Source: a virus
Taxonomy: Duplodnaviria; Caudoviricetes
Virus record (IMG/VR): IMGVR_UViG_3300027782_000107
Coordinates: 1-56,171 of that record
DNA length: 56,171 nt
Direction: 5' to 3' (one strand)
The notes below the pieces were generated by a model. The model did no database searches and was not told where the DNA came from. It was given only the letters and a program-made list of their open reading frames with translations. Of the stretch, positions 6,284 through 14,835 are shown in pieces. The translations under genes and the position numbers were made by a program. How positions within the stretch are numbered: position 1 is the first letter of the stretch; each line of letters starts with the position of its first letter.

Positions 6284-9120
6284 TGAATTTTTACTATGGT
6301 GTTGTAGAAAATAGAGAAGATCCATTTAAACTTGGTCGTTGCCAAGTTCGTATCGTTGGTTTGCACACGCATGATAAAGGTTTACTACCAACAATAGATC
6401 TTCCATGGGCTACACCAATGCAGCCTGTGATTTCTGCTGCAATGAACGGTATTGGTTGGACTCCTGTTGGTCCAGTTCCAGGAACAACTGTAATTATTCT
6501 TTTTGCAGATGCTGATCAGCAACAACCAATCATAATTGGTACTGTTGGTGGTATACCACAAAGTAAACTATCAGAATCTTCAGTTGATATCGAACAGTCT
6601 GGTGCTATCGTTACTGATGGTGGAGTATTAGTTGATAATAGTGGTACTCCTATTAAATCTGGTGATGGTACACCTATTACTGTTGGTTCAACTGCAGCCA
6701 CTACTTCTGCAGCCACTCAACCAAACCTAACAGAACAAAAGATTCCGAACAAACCTTCTGATACTGCATTTAATGCATCTATCATAACAAAACCACCTGT
6801 TGGTTCTACAAGTAATCCTACTGTTGCTGAACAGAACATTAAGTATTTGATTGAGGCATGTGACAAAGTTGGATTGACCAGTAAGTATGCAAAGGCATCT
6901 ATTCTAGGTATTTGTGGTGGTGAATCTGGATGGTTATGTATTGAGGAAGGCTCTTACTATTCAAAGGCAAGTTCTCTTGCAGCAGTTTTTAAAAGATCTT
7001 TCCCAACAGCAGAATCTGCAGAGCCATTTGTTAAATGGCAAGGTACAAAGGCAGACTTTTTTAGAAAAGTTTACTCACCAGAAGGTAATGGTAAATTAGT
7101 CGGACATAAAGATCCAGAAGATGGAGCCAAGTATTATGGTCGTGGATTTAATCAAATTACTGGTAAATCATTGTATCAACAACTACAAAAGTTCTTGCTG
7201 GCAAAAGGTATTGCAGTAGACTTTGTTAATAATCCGCAATCATTGATTGATGATCCAAAGACCTCTGCGCTTGCCACTGCTGCTTTCTATTCATTAAATG
7301 TTAAACATGATATTAATGATCCAGGATATTTCCAGACAGCACTAAAGCGTACTGGCGCAGATGCCAATGGTTCTGGTTACGCAAAGAAACAAAAGTTTTA
7401 TGAATACTTTTTGGGTGCAACAGTAACTGTTGATTCTACAAATAAACCTGCAGCTGATGATCAGAAAGTATACACGAAAGAAGAAGTTAAAGATCTTCCA
7501 CCTGCTAAACAAGCAGCACTATTGGAAGATCGTTCAGATGCTAAGACAGTTGGTTTTAAAGATCCAAAGGGTAAGTATCCATTAAGACATTTATTGGATG
7601 AGCCAGATACTAATCGTCTTGCACGACAAGTACAAAAAGAAACTGCAATTGAGTTTAAAGACTCAACAAGAACAAAACAAATCTCAGCTGCAAACGATGG
7701 TGATTCATGGGAGCAACCACTTGCTCCATTCGGTGGATTATATCCATATAATAAAGTTTATGAGTCTGAATCAGGACACCTATTTGTTTTAGATGATACT
7801 CCAACAAATGAGAACGTAAGTCTTTATCATAAGGCTGGTTCATTTATTGACATTGATGCCAATGGTACTCAAGTTAATAAAATCGTTGGTGATGGTTACA
7901 CTATCATTGATAGAAATGGTGCAATCTATATCGGTGGTGCTTGTAATATAACAGTTGGTAATAGCGTAAACATCCTTGTACAAGGTGCAGCTGATATTCA
8001 AGTAGATGGACCATCAACAATCAATCTAAAAAACAATGCTGATATTGGTATCGGTGGTGACCTTAATATGGTGGTTGGTGGTGACTATAATCTACAAGTT
8101 GATGGCGACTTTACCATTAAGGGTAATAGTTCTATTGCCATGGAATCTGCAGCAGTAACTTCTATCAAAGCAGGTTCTGCTCTTGACATACAATCATTAC
8201 AAAGCACAAGTATTAAAGCAAACGCTGATATGTTCTTAGAAGCAGTTGGTGTACAAAACGTAAAAGCAGGTGGTAATGTTAATGTTGATGGTGCAGAGTT
8301 CCACGGACAAGAAGGATCTGCTGCAGGTGGTAATGATGTTGAAAATTCTACATTAGCACTCACTGCTCCAGATTTTACTGATGGACGTCCAGATCAATTT
8401 GGTACTTTATCTACTCCTGTTCGTCCAAGTCCACCAACAGATTTAAAGTACGCTCTCAATGAAGAGAATCAAAAGTTGGTTGACGACTATATTGCAAACC
8501 CAACTAAATATAAAAATACAGAAGCTGCTGCAGGTGGAGTTAAAGAAAACTACGCTGGAACACCTAAGACTGATGAGAGTGGAGCAAGTTTAATTGCTGG
8601 AGCAACTGCTTCTGACTTATATCAATTCCTCACTAAACAACTTCAGTTGGCAGAGTCTGGTTATTGGAGAGAAACAGGACAAGGTGGTCAACCAAGTAAT
8701 GCTAATATTACTCGCATCTGGGCAGACCTTGGATACTCCAAAACTAATCCATATTGGACCACAGATCAAACTGCTTGGTGTATGGGTTTTGTAAACTGGA
8801 CATTAAAACAGTGCGGATATCGTTATGTTCAAGAAGCTGGTGCCAGAGCAATTAAATCTAATCCAAATAGATGGAAAGCAACACCAATCACAGACTTTTC
8901 TCAGGCTGAACCTGGAGATATCGCTCTTTGGAATTATGGTCACGTAAACTTTGTTTACTCTAATAAAAATGGAGCACTATCTTTTGTTGGCGGTAATCAA
9001 ACACCAAAGGCTAAGACAAATAATCCATCTGATGGAGATGTTTCACTATCTTGGCCAGGAGGATACAGAACACCAGGAAATGGTTCTTTAGTTGGTCTTT
9101 GGAGACCAAGCAAGGAATAA
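6283..9120 (+). CDS. gp5: Baseplate spike/hub: OB fold, GH19-like lysozyme domain, beta-helix and C-terminal CHAP/NlpC-P60-like peptidase
   Basis: N-terminal GVVENREDP.KLGRCQVRIVGLH...LPWA; DGAKYYGRGFNQITG; YPYNKVYESESGH..LDDTP; V-x-G beta-helix repeats; AWCMGFVNW...GHVNFV...GGNQ. Confidence 0.92.
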   Translation: MNFYYGVVENREDPFKLGRCQVRIVGLHTHDKGLLPTIDLPWATPMQPVISAAMNGIGWTPVGPVPGTTVIILFADADQQQPIIIGTVGGIPQSKLSESSVDIEQSGAIVTDGGVLVDNSGTPIKSGDGTPITVGSTAATTSAATQPNLTEQKIPNKPSDTAFNASIITKPPVGSTSNPTVAEQNIKYLIEACDKVGLTSKYAKASILGICGGESGWLCIEEGSYYSKASSLAAVFKRSFPTAESAEPFVKWQGTKADFFRKVYSPEGNGKLVGHKDPEDGAKYYGRGFNQITGKSLYQQLQKFLLAKGIAVDFVNNPQSLIDDPKTSALATAAFYSLNVKHDINDPGYFQTALKRTGADANGSGYAKKQKFYEYFLGATVTVDSTNKPAADDQKVYTKEEVKDLPPAKQAALLEDRSDAKTVGFKDPKGKYPLRHLLDEPDTNRLARQVQKETAIEFKDSTRTKQISAANDGDSWEQPLAPFGGLYPYNKVYESESGHLFVLDDTPTNENVSLYHKAGSFIDIDANGTQVNKIVGDGYTIIDRNGAIYIGGACNITVGNSVNILVQGAADIQVDGPSTINLKNNADIGIGGDLNMVVGGDYNLQVDGDFTIKGNSSIAMESAAVTSIKAGSALDIQSLQSTSIKANADMFLEAVGVQNVKAGGNVNVDGAEFHGQEGSAAGGNDVENSTLALTAPDFTDGRPDQFGTLSTPVRPSPPTDLKYALNEENQKLVDDYIANPTKYKNTEAAAGGVKENYAGTPKTDESGASLIAGATASDLYQFLTKQLQLAESGYWRETGQGGQPSNANITRIWADLGYSKTNPYWTTDQTAWCMGFVNWTLKQCGYRYVQEAGARAIKSNPNRWKATPITDFSQAEPGDIALWNYGHVNFVYSNKNGALSFVGGNQTPKAKTNNPSDGDVSLSWPGGYRTPGNGSLVGLWRPSKE

Positions 9121-9121
9121 T

Positions 9122-9664
9122 ATGGCATGGAATCCAACAACAACTGAACTTGGACCATACACTGAATTACAATCATTCAGTCACAGTATTACATATATCA
9201 TTCCAGCAACTGAAGCAGATCCTTTGGCTACTCCTCCAACGGAAGCAACAGAAGAAATTCGTTATACTGTAAGAATAGTACCACAAGAAACAAATCCTGC
9301 CACTGTTTCGTTTACTGTGGGAGATCCAGGAATCATTGCTGGTTATTTTAAACGAGTTTTTAACGATACGATTCAGTACAAGACTTTTAATAAACAAATA
9401 AAAACTGCAGTGACTGATCCAGATAATGGAGCATGGGACAAGGTGACTAACTCAGAAGTCTATGAAACTTTGTCGTTTAAAGCTGATACATCTAGAAATA
9501 TTATTAGAAATTACATTGCTCAAGCTATCGATAATAATCCTGTAAGTCCGACTTACCTACAAGTAGTTTCTTCTAAAAGTTATACGATAAACATTCGAGA
9601 TTTAAACTGGTCAACAGGACAAAATCTATTAAAACAACTAGTAACTTTAACACAGAGTAGATAA
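9122..9664 (+). CDS. Hypothetical protein between gp5 and PAAR
   Basis: ATG at 9122 immediately after the gp5 stop with AAGGA upstream. The ORF-track start at 9092 overlaps gp5. Confidence 0.7.
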   Translation: MAWNPTTTELGPYTELQSFSHSITYIIPATEADPLATPPTEATEEIRYTVRIVPQETNPATVSFTVGDPGIIAGYFKRVFNDTIQYKTFNKQIKTAVTDPDNGAWDKVTNSEVYETLSFKADTSRNIIRNYIAQAIDNNPVSPTYLQVVSSKSYTINIRDLNWSTGQNLLKQLVTLTQSR

Positions 9665-9963
9665 TGCCAGCCATATCGCTAGAAGCCCAACAATCGACAG
9701 GACATGGATGTTTCCCTCCAACTGCTGCAGTTGGACCATACACGACCAAGTCTTTCTTTAACGGTAAACCAATTCAGTTACTTGGAACTACTCAGTATCA
9801 GGCACATACCTGCGGTAATACTACTCATCCGACTTCTGCTCGAAAAGTATCATCTTCTTCCTCCACTTTCTATTTTGAAGGCATAAAAGTCGCTCGAATC
9901 GGAGACGATATTGCCTGTGGAGACACAATAGCTGAAGGATCGCAAGATTCGTTTATTGGATAG
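9664..9963 (+). CDS. PAAR-like spike tip protein (gp5.4-like)
   Basis: STGHGCFPP...HTCG..TH...G.KVARIGDDIACG..IAEGS, with metal-binding His/Cys residues. Confidence 0.9.
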   Translation: MPAISLEAQQSTGHGCFPPTAAVGPYTTKSFFNGKPIQLLGTTQYQAHTCGNTTHPTSARKVSSSSSTFYFEGIKVARIGDDIACGDTIAEGSQDSFIG

Positions 9964-9971
9964 ACTAAATA
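9964..9971 (+). promoter_or_regulatory. Late promoter (ACTAAATA) 5 nt before the gp25 ATG
   Basis: ACTAAATA-ATAAT-ATG. Confidence 0.6.
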
Positions 9972-9976
9972 ATAAT

Positions 9977-10369
9977 ATGTCAAGAAATACAAGAACATTT
10001 TCGGATTTAGACTTAAATTTTACTGCTCACCCAGTGAATAAGGATATTGTACGTCGTTTCGATGAGAATGCCATTAAAACGTCGGTTAGAAACCTTCTTC
10101 TCACTCGAAATTTTGAGCGTCCATTTCATAGCGAGATAGGTTCTCCTATCAGAGCATTGATGTTTGAACTTCCTGGACCAATGTTTACAGTTATGTTGAA
10201 ACGAGCAATCGTTGACGTGATTAATAACTTTGAACCAAGAGTGAGCATTATAGACGTATTAGTAAACGACTCGCTAGACGAAAACGCAGTCTATATCACA
10301 TTAAACTTTAAAATAGTAAATACCGAGAGACCTATTACTCTCGATCTAGCACTAGAGAGAACACGATAA
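9977..10369 (+). CDS. gp25: Baseplate wedge subunit/sheath initiator
   Basis: FSDLDLNF..HP...AIK.SVRNL.LT...ERPF..EIGS...FEPRV. Start placed at MSRN (9977). Confidence 0.93.
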   Translation: MSRNTRTFSDLDLNFTAHPVNKDIVRRFDENAIKTSVRNLLLTRNFERPFHSEIGSPIRALMFELPGPMFTVMLKRAIVDVINNFEPRVSIIDVLVNDSLDENAVYITLNFKIVNTERPITLDLALERTR

Positions 10370-12219
10370 TGGCATCCAATAATAAAAGAATTAGTGTTTC
10401 AGAATTAGACTTTGACAACATTAAGGCTAATCTAAAAGAATATCTAAAAGGTCAGGCTGTGTTTTCTGACTATGATTTTGAAGGATCAGGACTATCCATT
10501 CTTCTAGATGTTCTGGCTTACAATACTCACTACAATGGTATCTATACTAACCTTGCTGTGAACGAGATGTTTCTTGATTCCGCAAGCAAAAGATCATCTG
10601 TAGTTTCCCTTGCTAAGTTACTTGGATATACTCCAAACTCAGCAAAGTGTGCAACTGCCACAGTAACTTTAAATATTACATCTTCATCTACTGGACCATC
10701 TGTTGTCACAGTTCCAGCGTTTACACAATTTAATACAACTGTTGATGGTAATTCTTATGCGTTTTACACTACGCAAGAATATACTGCAGTTGGTGCATCA
10801 ACAAACTATTCAATTCCCAATGTGACTCTTACTGAAGGGTCTCCATTAAACTTTAAATACACAGTGGCTGCTGGTGTAAGATATATCATTCCAAACGCAA
10901 ATATTGACTTGGCCACTGTTAAAGTTCGTATTCAAGAAAATGCAACCTCATCCAATTATACCACTTACACTATTTCTACTTCTGTTATAGAAGCAAATGC
11001 AATATCAAAAATATTTTTTGTTAAAGAGATTGATGATGGTTTATACGAATTAACATTTGGTGATGGCACTCTTGGTAAGGCATTGGAAAACGGCAACGTA
11101 GTTCATATAAGTTATTTTGTTTCTAGTTTAACTGCTGCAAATAAGGCATCACTATTTTCATACGATGGTTCCACTCTTTATAGTGGAGCAAATGTTTCAA
11201 TCACAACTACGTCACCAGCCACTGGCGGTGGAATAGTTGAGGATATCGCAAGTATAAGATTTAATGCGCCAAGAACATATGCTGCTCAAAATCGTGCAGT
11301 AACTCCAGATGATTATCGTGCTTTAATCTACGCTAATTTCCCAGAAGCTGCATCAGTTGCTGTTTGGGGTGGCGAAGATAATGATCCACCTATCTATGGT
11401 AAAACATTTATTTCAGTTAAACCAAAAACTGCAGGAAAGTTAACGCTTCAACAAAAATCTAATATTATAAACACAATTTTAGAAAAAAAGAATATTGTTT
11501 CCATCACACCAGAAATTGTTGATGCTGAGGAACTTAATATTGCACTAAATGTTACAGTGTATTACAACGACAGAGAAACAGGTTACACTTCAACTGACAT
11601 TGAATCTATCGTTCGTCAAGTTATTTTAGACTATAATGAATCTGATTTACAAAAATTTGAAAGTGTATTCCGTTACTCTAAATTAAGTCGTTTGATTGAT
11701 GCATCAGAACAGTCTATTACAAATAACATTACAACAGTAACATTGAGAAGAAACATATCACCAAGATATGGAATTTCTGCTGAGTATAACATCGATGTTA
11801 TTAATCCAATTTATAGTTCTGGTTCCGCTGAAGACTCTGTTACTTCCACTGGATTCTATATTCAAGGAAACGATAATATTCACTATCTAAGTGATGATGG
11901 TCTTGGTAATATGATTCTTTTCTATCGTTCAGTTGGAACAACAACTACAGAAGCACAAAATATTATCACCAACTATTCAATTGGAACTGTTGATTATGCA
12001 GCTGGTAAGATTAATATAAAGAATCTAAATATTACAGGGCTTGCTGACATTGACTTTGAGATTAGTATTAAACCATCTTCAAACGATGTGGTTTCTGCCT
12101 TTACTCAAATAGCACAAATCGCCACAGATCATTTAACTGTAACAGCAATCGTTGATAAAACTGCCAATGGCGATCTTCGTGCAGGTAAAAATTACACATT
12201 CACTACTAGTCGTTCATAA
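10369..12219 (+). CDS. gp6: Baseplate wedge subunit
   Basis: ELDFDNIK.NLK.YL..Q..FSDYDFEGSGLS.LLDVLAYNTHY; FGDG..G; QNRAVT..DY; WGGEDNDPP.YGK. Confidence 0.95.
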   Translation: MASNNKRISVSELDFDNIKANLKEYLKGQAVFSDYDFEGSGLSILLDVLAYNTHYNGIYTNLAVNEMFLDSASKRSSVVSLAKLLGYTPNSAKCATATVTLNITSSSTGPSVVTVPAFTQFNTTVDGNSYAFYTTQEYTAVGASTNYSIPNVTLTEGSPLNFKYTVAAGVRYIIPNANIDLATVKVRIQENATSSNYTTYTISTSVIEANAISKIFFVKEIDDGLYELTFGDGTLGKALENGNVVHISYFVSSLTAANKASLFSYDGSTLYSGANVSITTTSPATGGGIVEDIASIRFNAPRTYAAQNRAVTPDDYRALIYANFPEAASVAVWGGEDNDPPIYGKTFISVKPKTAGKLTLQQKSNIINTILEKKNIVSITPEIVDAEELNIALNVTVYYNDRETGYTSTDIESIVRQVILDYNESDLQKFESVFRYSKLSRLIDASEQSITNNITTVTLRRNISPRYGISAEYNIDVINPIYSSGSAEDSVTSTGFYIQGNDNIHYLSDDGLGNMILFYRSVGTTTTEAQNIITNYSIGTVDYAAGKINIKNLNITGLADIDFEISIKPSSNDVVSAFTQIAQIATDHLTVTAIVDKTANGDLRAGKNYTFTTSRS

Positions 12220-14339
12220 TGTCAATTAATCGTCGTACGTTATCATCATTAGTTTCTAGTCAACTCCCTGAGTTCGTCAGGGAGGATAATCAGACATTTG
12301 TTGCTTTCTTAGAAGCATACTATGAGTATCTAGAAAACACAAATGGTAATGATTTAAAAACAATTGGTGATATTGATACAACTTTAGAATCTTTTATTAA
12401 GCACTTTAGAAATGAAGTTGCTGTAAATTTTCCAAATCCTGTAATAGATGAAAGATTTTTATTACAACACATGAAAGACCATTACCTTGCTAAAGGTAGT
12501 GAGGCATCTTTTAAATTCTTATTCAGAGTTCTTTTTAATAAAGATGTAACATTAGAATATCCATCACGTCAGATGCTTCGTGCTTCTGATGGTCGATGGA
12601 ATCAAGACGTATCAATTTTTGCCAGAGTTAACGCTGGTAATCCAGATACTATTATTGGTAGAGTAGTTGATGTAGTTACACCAAACAGAACTATTAGACT
12701 TCAGATTGATAGAAGACAATATGTTGAAGTTGAGATTGATCGTATTGTTTTAATTGCAGATGGTATCTATGAATTTTTTATTGATCGTAAATTCTTTGGA
12801 GATATTTCTCCAGGAGATAGAATTCGTTATGAAGATACTTTTGATGCAACAATTTTATCAACTACCTCAAAAGTAACTATCCAGCAAAAGGGTAAACGCT
12901 TTAGGTTGGGTGATTTGTATGAGATTAAAAATGGTGATGGTGCTGGATCGATCTTAAAAGTCTCTGGTATAGATTCCGTTGGAGGAATCACAAGTATTGA
13001 ATTCGTTAAATACGGAATCAATTACGCAACAGATTTTACAGCAACTATATTACCACAGGCTGGACTTTCAGTAACATCTGCTGGGTCTACTGCATTAACT
13101 ATCGGTGGTGCTTCACCTAGTTATAATGTCGCACTCAATGAAACTACCAATGGTTTCTTTGAACAAGGTATTATTAATACAACAAATTATAATACTACTG
13201 ATTATTGGGATGGTACTTACGTTGGTGATGTCATTCGTGAATTCTTCGTTGATAACAAATATACAGTTTTAGATGCAGACGAGCCAGCGATTATTAAAAT
13301 CACTCTTGGTTCCCTTGCAAAATATCCAGGATATTATACAAGCAACTTAGGTTTCTTGGATGATGCTATTTACATTCAAGACAGTAGATTCTATCAAGCA
13401 TTCTCATATGTTGTTAAGATTGATGAAAAGTTAGAAACATATCGTTCTGCAGTTAAAACATTAATTCACCCAGCAGGCATGGCTTTGTTTGGTGAGTTTG
13501 ATGTAAGAAATGAATTTGATACTGGAACTAGCCTAACATCTATGCTGCGTTTCTTGGTACTACAATTCCAAGACGAAGCATTTTTATCAGACACTACACC
13601 AAATTTTGTAGTAACCAAACCACTGGCTACTCATTATCTGTTCGATGGAGTTACTGCGGATACAAGTTCAGTTACATTAGGAGACACACTTCCTCTTTTT
13701 GCTGTAACCAAACCTCTTGATACTCATTATCTAAACGATGGAACTACAGCTGATACAAGTTCTGTTACACTGGCAGATACAAGTAGAGTTAAAGATATTG
13801 GTAAAGCACTTTCTACACATTTTCTAAATGATGGTACTACGGCAGATACAAGTTCTGTTGCTCCAAGCGAGGCAACTATTTCTTATGGATACAGTTCATT
13901 AACTCGTTTAGGTATTAGCTTACTTGATACTACAAAGGTGTTTAATTCTCCAGTTTATACTCACTATTTAAATGATGGTACTACAGTAGATACAGATACA
14001 GTTTCTTTGGGTGATACAACACCAAATTTTGAAGTAGAAAAGGCATTAAATACGCATTATCTAAACGATGGAACTACAGCCGATACAAGTTCCGTCACAA
14101 TGAGTGATACTACAGGAACGAATAGTACTAGAACTGTTCCGTTCTTTGTCCTAAATAAAGAATTGGCTACCCATTACTTGTATGATGGGACAACGGCAGA
14201 TACAAGTTCGATTACAATAACTGGTAGTGGAGGAAGTTTATGGTTAAGTCCTTATACAGATCCTTATCCAACTAGCAGTTCTTATTTTGCAAACGATAGT
14301 GGAAACTATACAGAGGGTGAAGCATCTTTCACTGGATAA
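12219..14339 (+). CDS. gp7: Baseplate wedge initiator (gp7-like) with C-terminal tandem repeats
   Basis: QLPEFVRE....F..FLEAYYEY; Y.AKGSE.SFKFLFR.LF; IQDSRFYQAFSYV; HPAG..LFG; follows gp6. Confidence 0.8.
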   Translation: MSINRRTLSSLVSSQLPEFVREDNQTFVAFLEAYYEYLENTNGNDLKTIGDIDTTLESFIKHFRNEVAVNFPNPVIDERFLLQHMKDHYLAKGSEASFKFLFRVLFNKDVTLEYPSRQMLRASDGRWNQDVSIFARVNAGNPDTIIGRVVDVVTPNRTIRLQIDRRQYVEVEIDRIVLIADGIYEFFIDRKFFGDISPGDRIRYEDTFDATILSTTSKVTIQQKGKRFRLGDLYEIKNGDGAGSILKVSGIDSVGGITSIEFVKYGINYATDFTATILPQAGLSVTSAGSTALTIGGASPSYNVALNETTNGFFEQGIINTTNYNTTDYWDGTYVGDVIREFFVDNKYTVLDADEPAIIKITLGSLAKYPGYYTSNLGFLDDAIYIQDSRFYQAFSYVVKIDEKLETYRSAVKTLIHPAGMALFGEFDVRNEFDTGTSLTSMLRFLVLQFQDEAFLSDTTPNFVVTKPLATHYLFDGVTADTSSVTLGDTLPLFAVTKPLDTHYLNDGTTADTSSVTLADTSRVKDIGKALSTHFLNDGTTADTSSVAPSEATISYGYSSLTRLGISLLDTTKVFNSPVYTHYLNDGTTVDTDTVSLGDTTPNFEVEKALNTHYLNDGTTADTSSVTMSDTTGTNSTRTVPFFVLNKELATHYLYDGTTADTSSITITGSGGSLWLSPYTDPYPTSSSYFANDSGNYTEGEASFTG
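13628..14225 (+). repeat. Six imperfect coding repeats THYL(N/F/Y)DGTTADTSSV in the gp7 C-terminus
   Basis: Copies near 13628, 13721, 13814, 13958, 14051 and 14168; the DNA core GATACAAGTTC recurs in five of them. Confidence 0.9.
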
Positions 14340-14357
14340 TTAATAAAGGAGATTTCG

Positions 14358-14819
14358 ATGAAATTACAAGAAAATTTAAAAATGCTTGGTGAATTGACTA
14401 TTCAAGTTTTTAACGAGAATGGCGATTTAAAATCAGCAATTAAAGTACCTAACCTAGTTGTTACGGTTGGTAAGAATTATATCGCTAGCCGTATGGTTGG
14501 TACAGCAGCAACAGTAATGAGCCACATGGCTATCGGTACTGGCACTAGTACACCAATCGCTGGTGATGTAAACTTAGGTACTGAGGCATATCGTGCGTCA
14601 ATAACTATTGCTGCTTCTACTAATACTGTTACTTCAACTGCTACGTTTGCTGCAGGTAATGGTACTGGTGCTATTACTGAAGCTGGAATTTTTAACTACA
14701 GTACATATGCTGCTAGCCCAGGATCTGGACAATTTATGCTTTGCCGTACAACATTCCCAGCAGTGAATAAAGCAGCTGGTGACTCTATTGCGATCACTTG
14801 GGTTGTTACAGTAAGCTAA
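14358..14819 (+). CDS. Small structural protein resembling a stand-alone tail-collar/fibre attachment domain
   Basis: AAGGAG SD; NLVVTVG...HMAIGTG...L.TE..R...ITEAGIF...R..F..VNK...ITW. Confidence 0.6.
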   Translation: MKLQENLKMLGELTIQVFNENGDLKSAIKVPNLVVTVGKNYIASRMVGTAATVMSHMAIGTGTSTPIAGDVNLGTEAYRASITIAASTNTVTSTATFAAGNGTGAITEAGIFNYSTYAASPGSGQFMLCRTTFPAVNKAAGDSIAITWVVTVS

Positions 14820-14835
14820 TTAAAAGAAAACACAT

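Noticed and set aside
13628-14225. CRISPR-like appearance of the spaced GATACAAGTTC repeats
   Set aside because: The repeats are in-frame coding units with third-position variation and irregular spacing; no cas genes are present.
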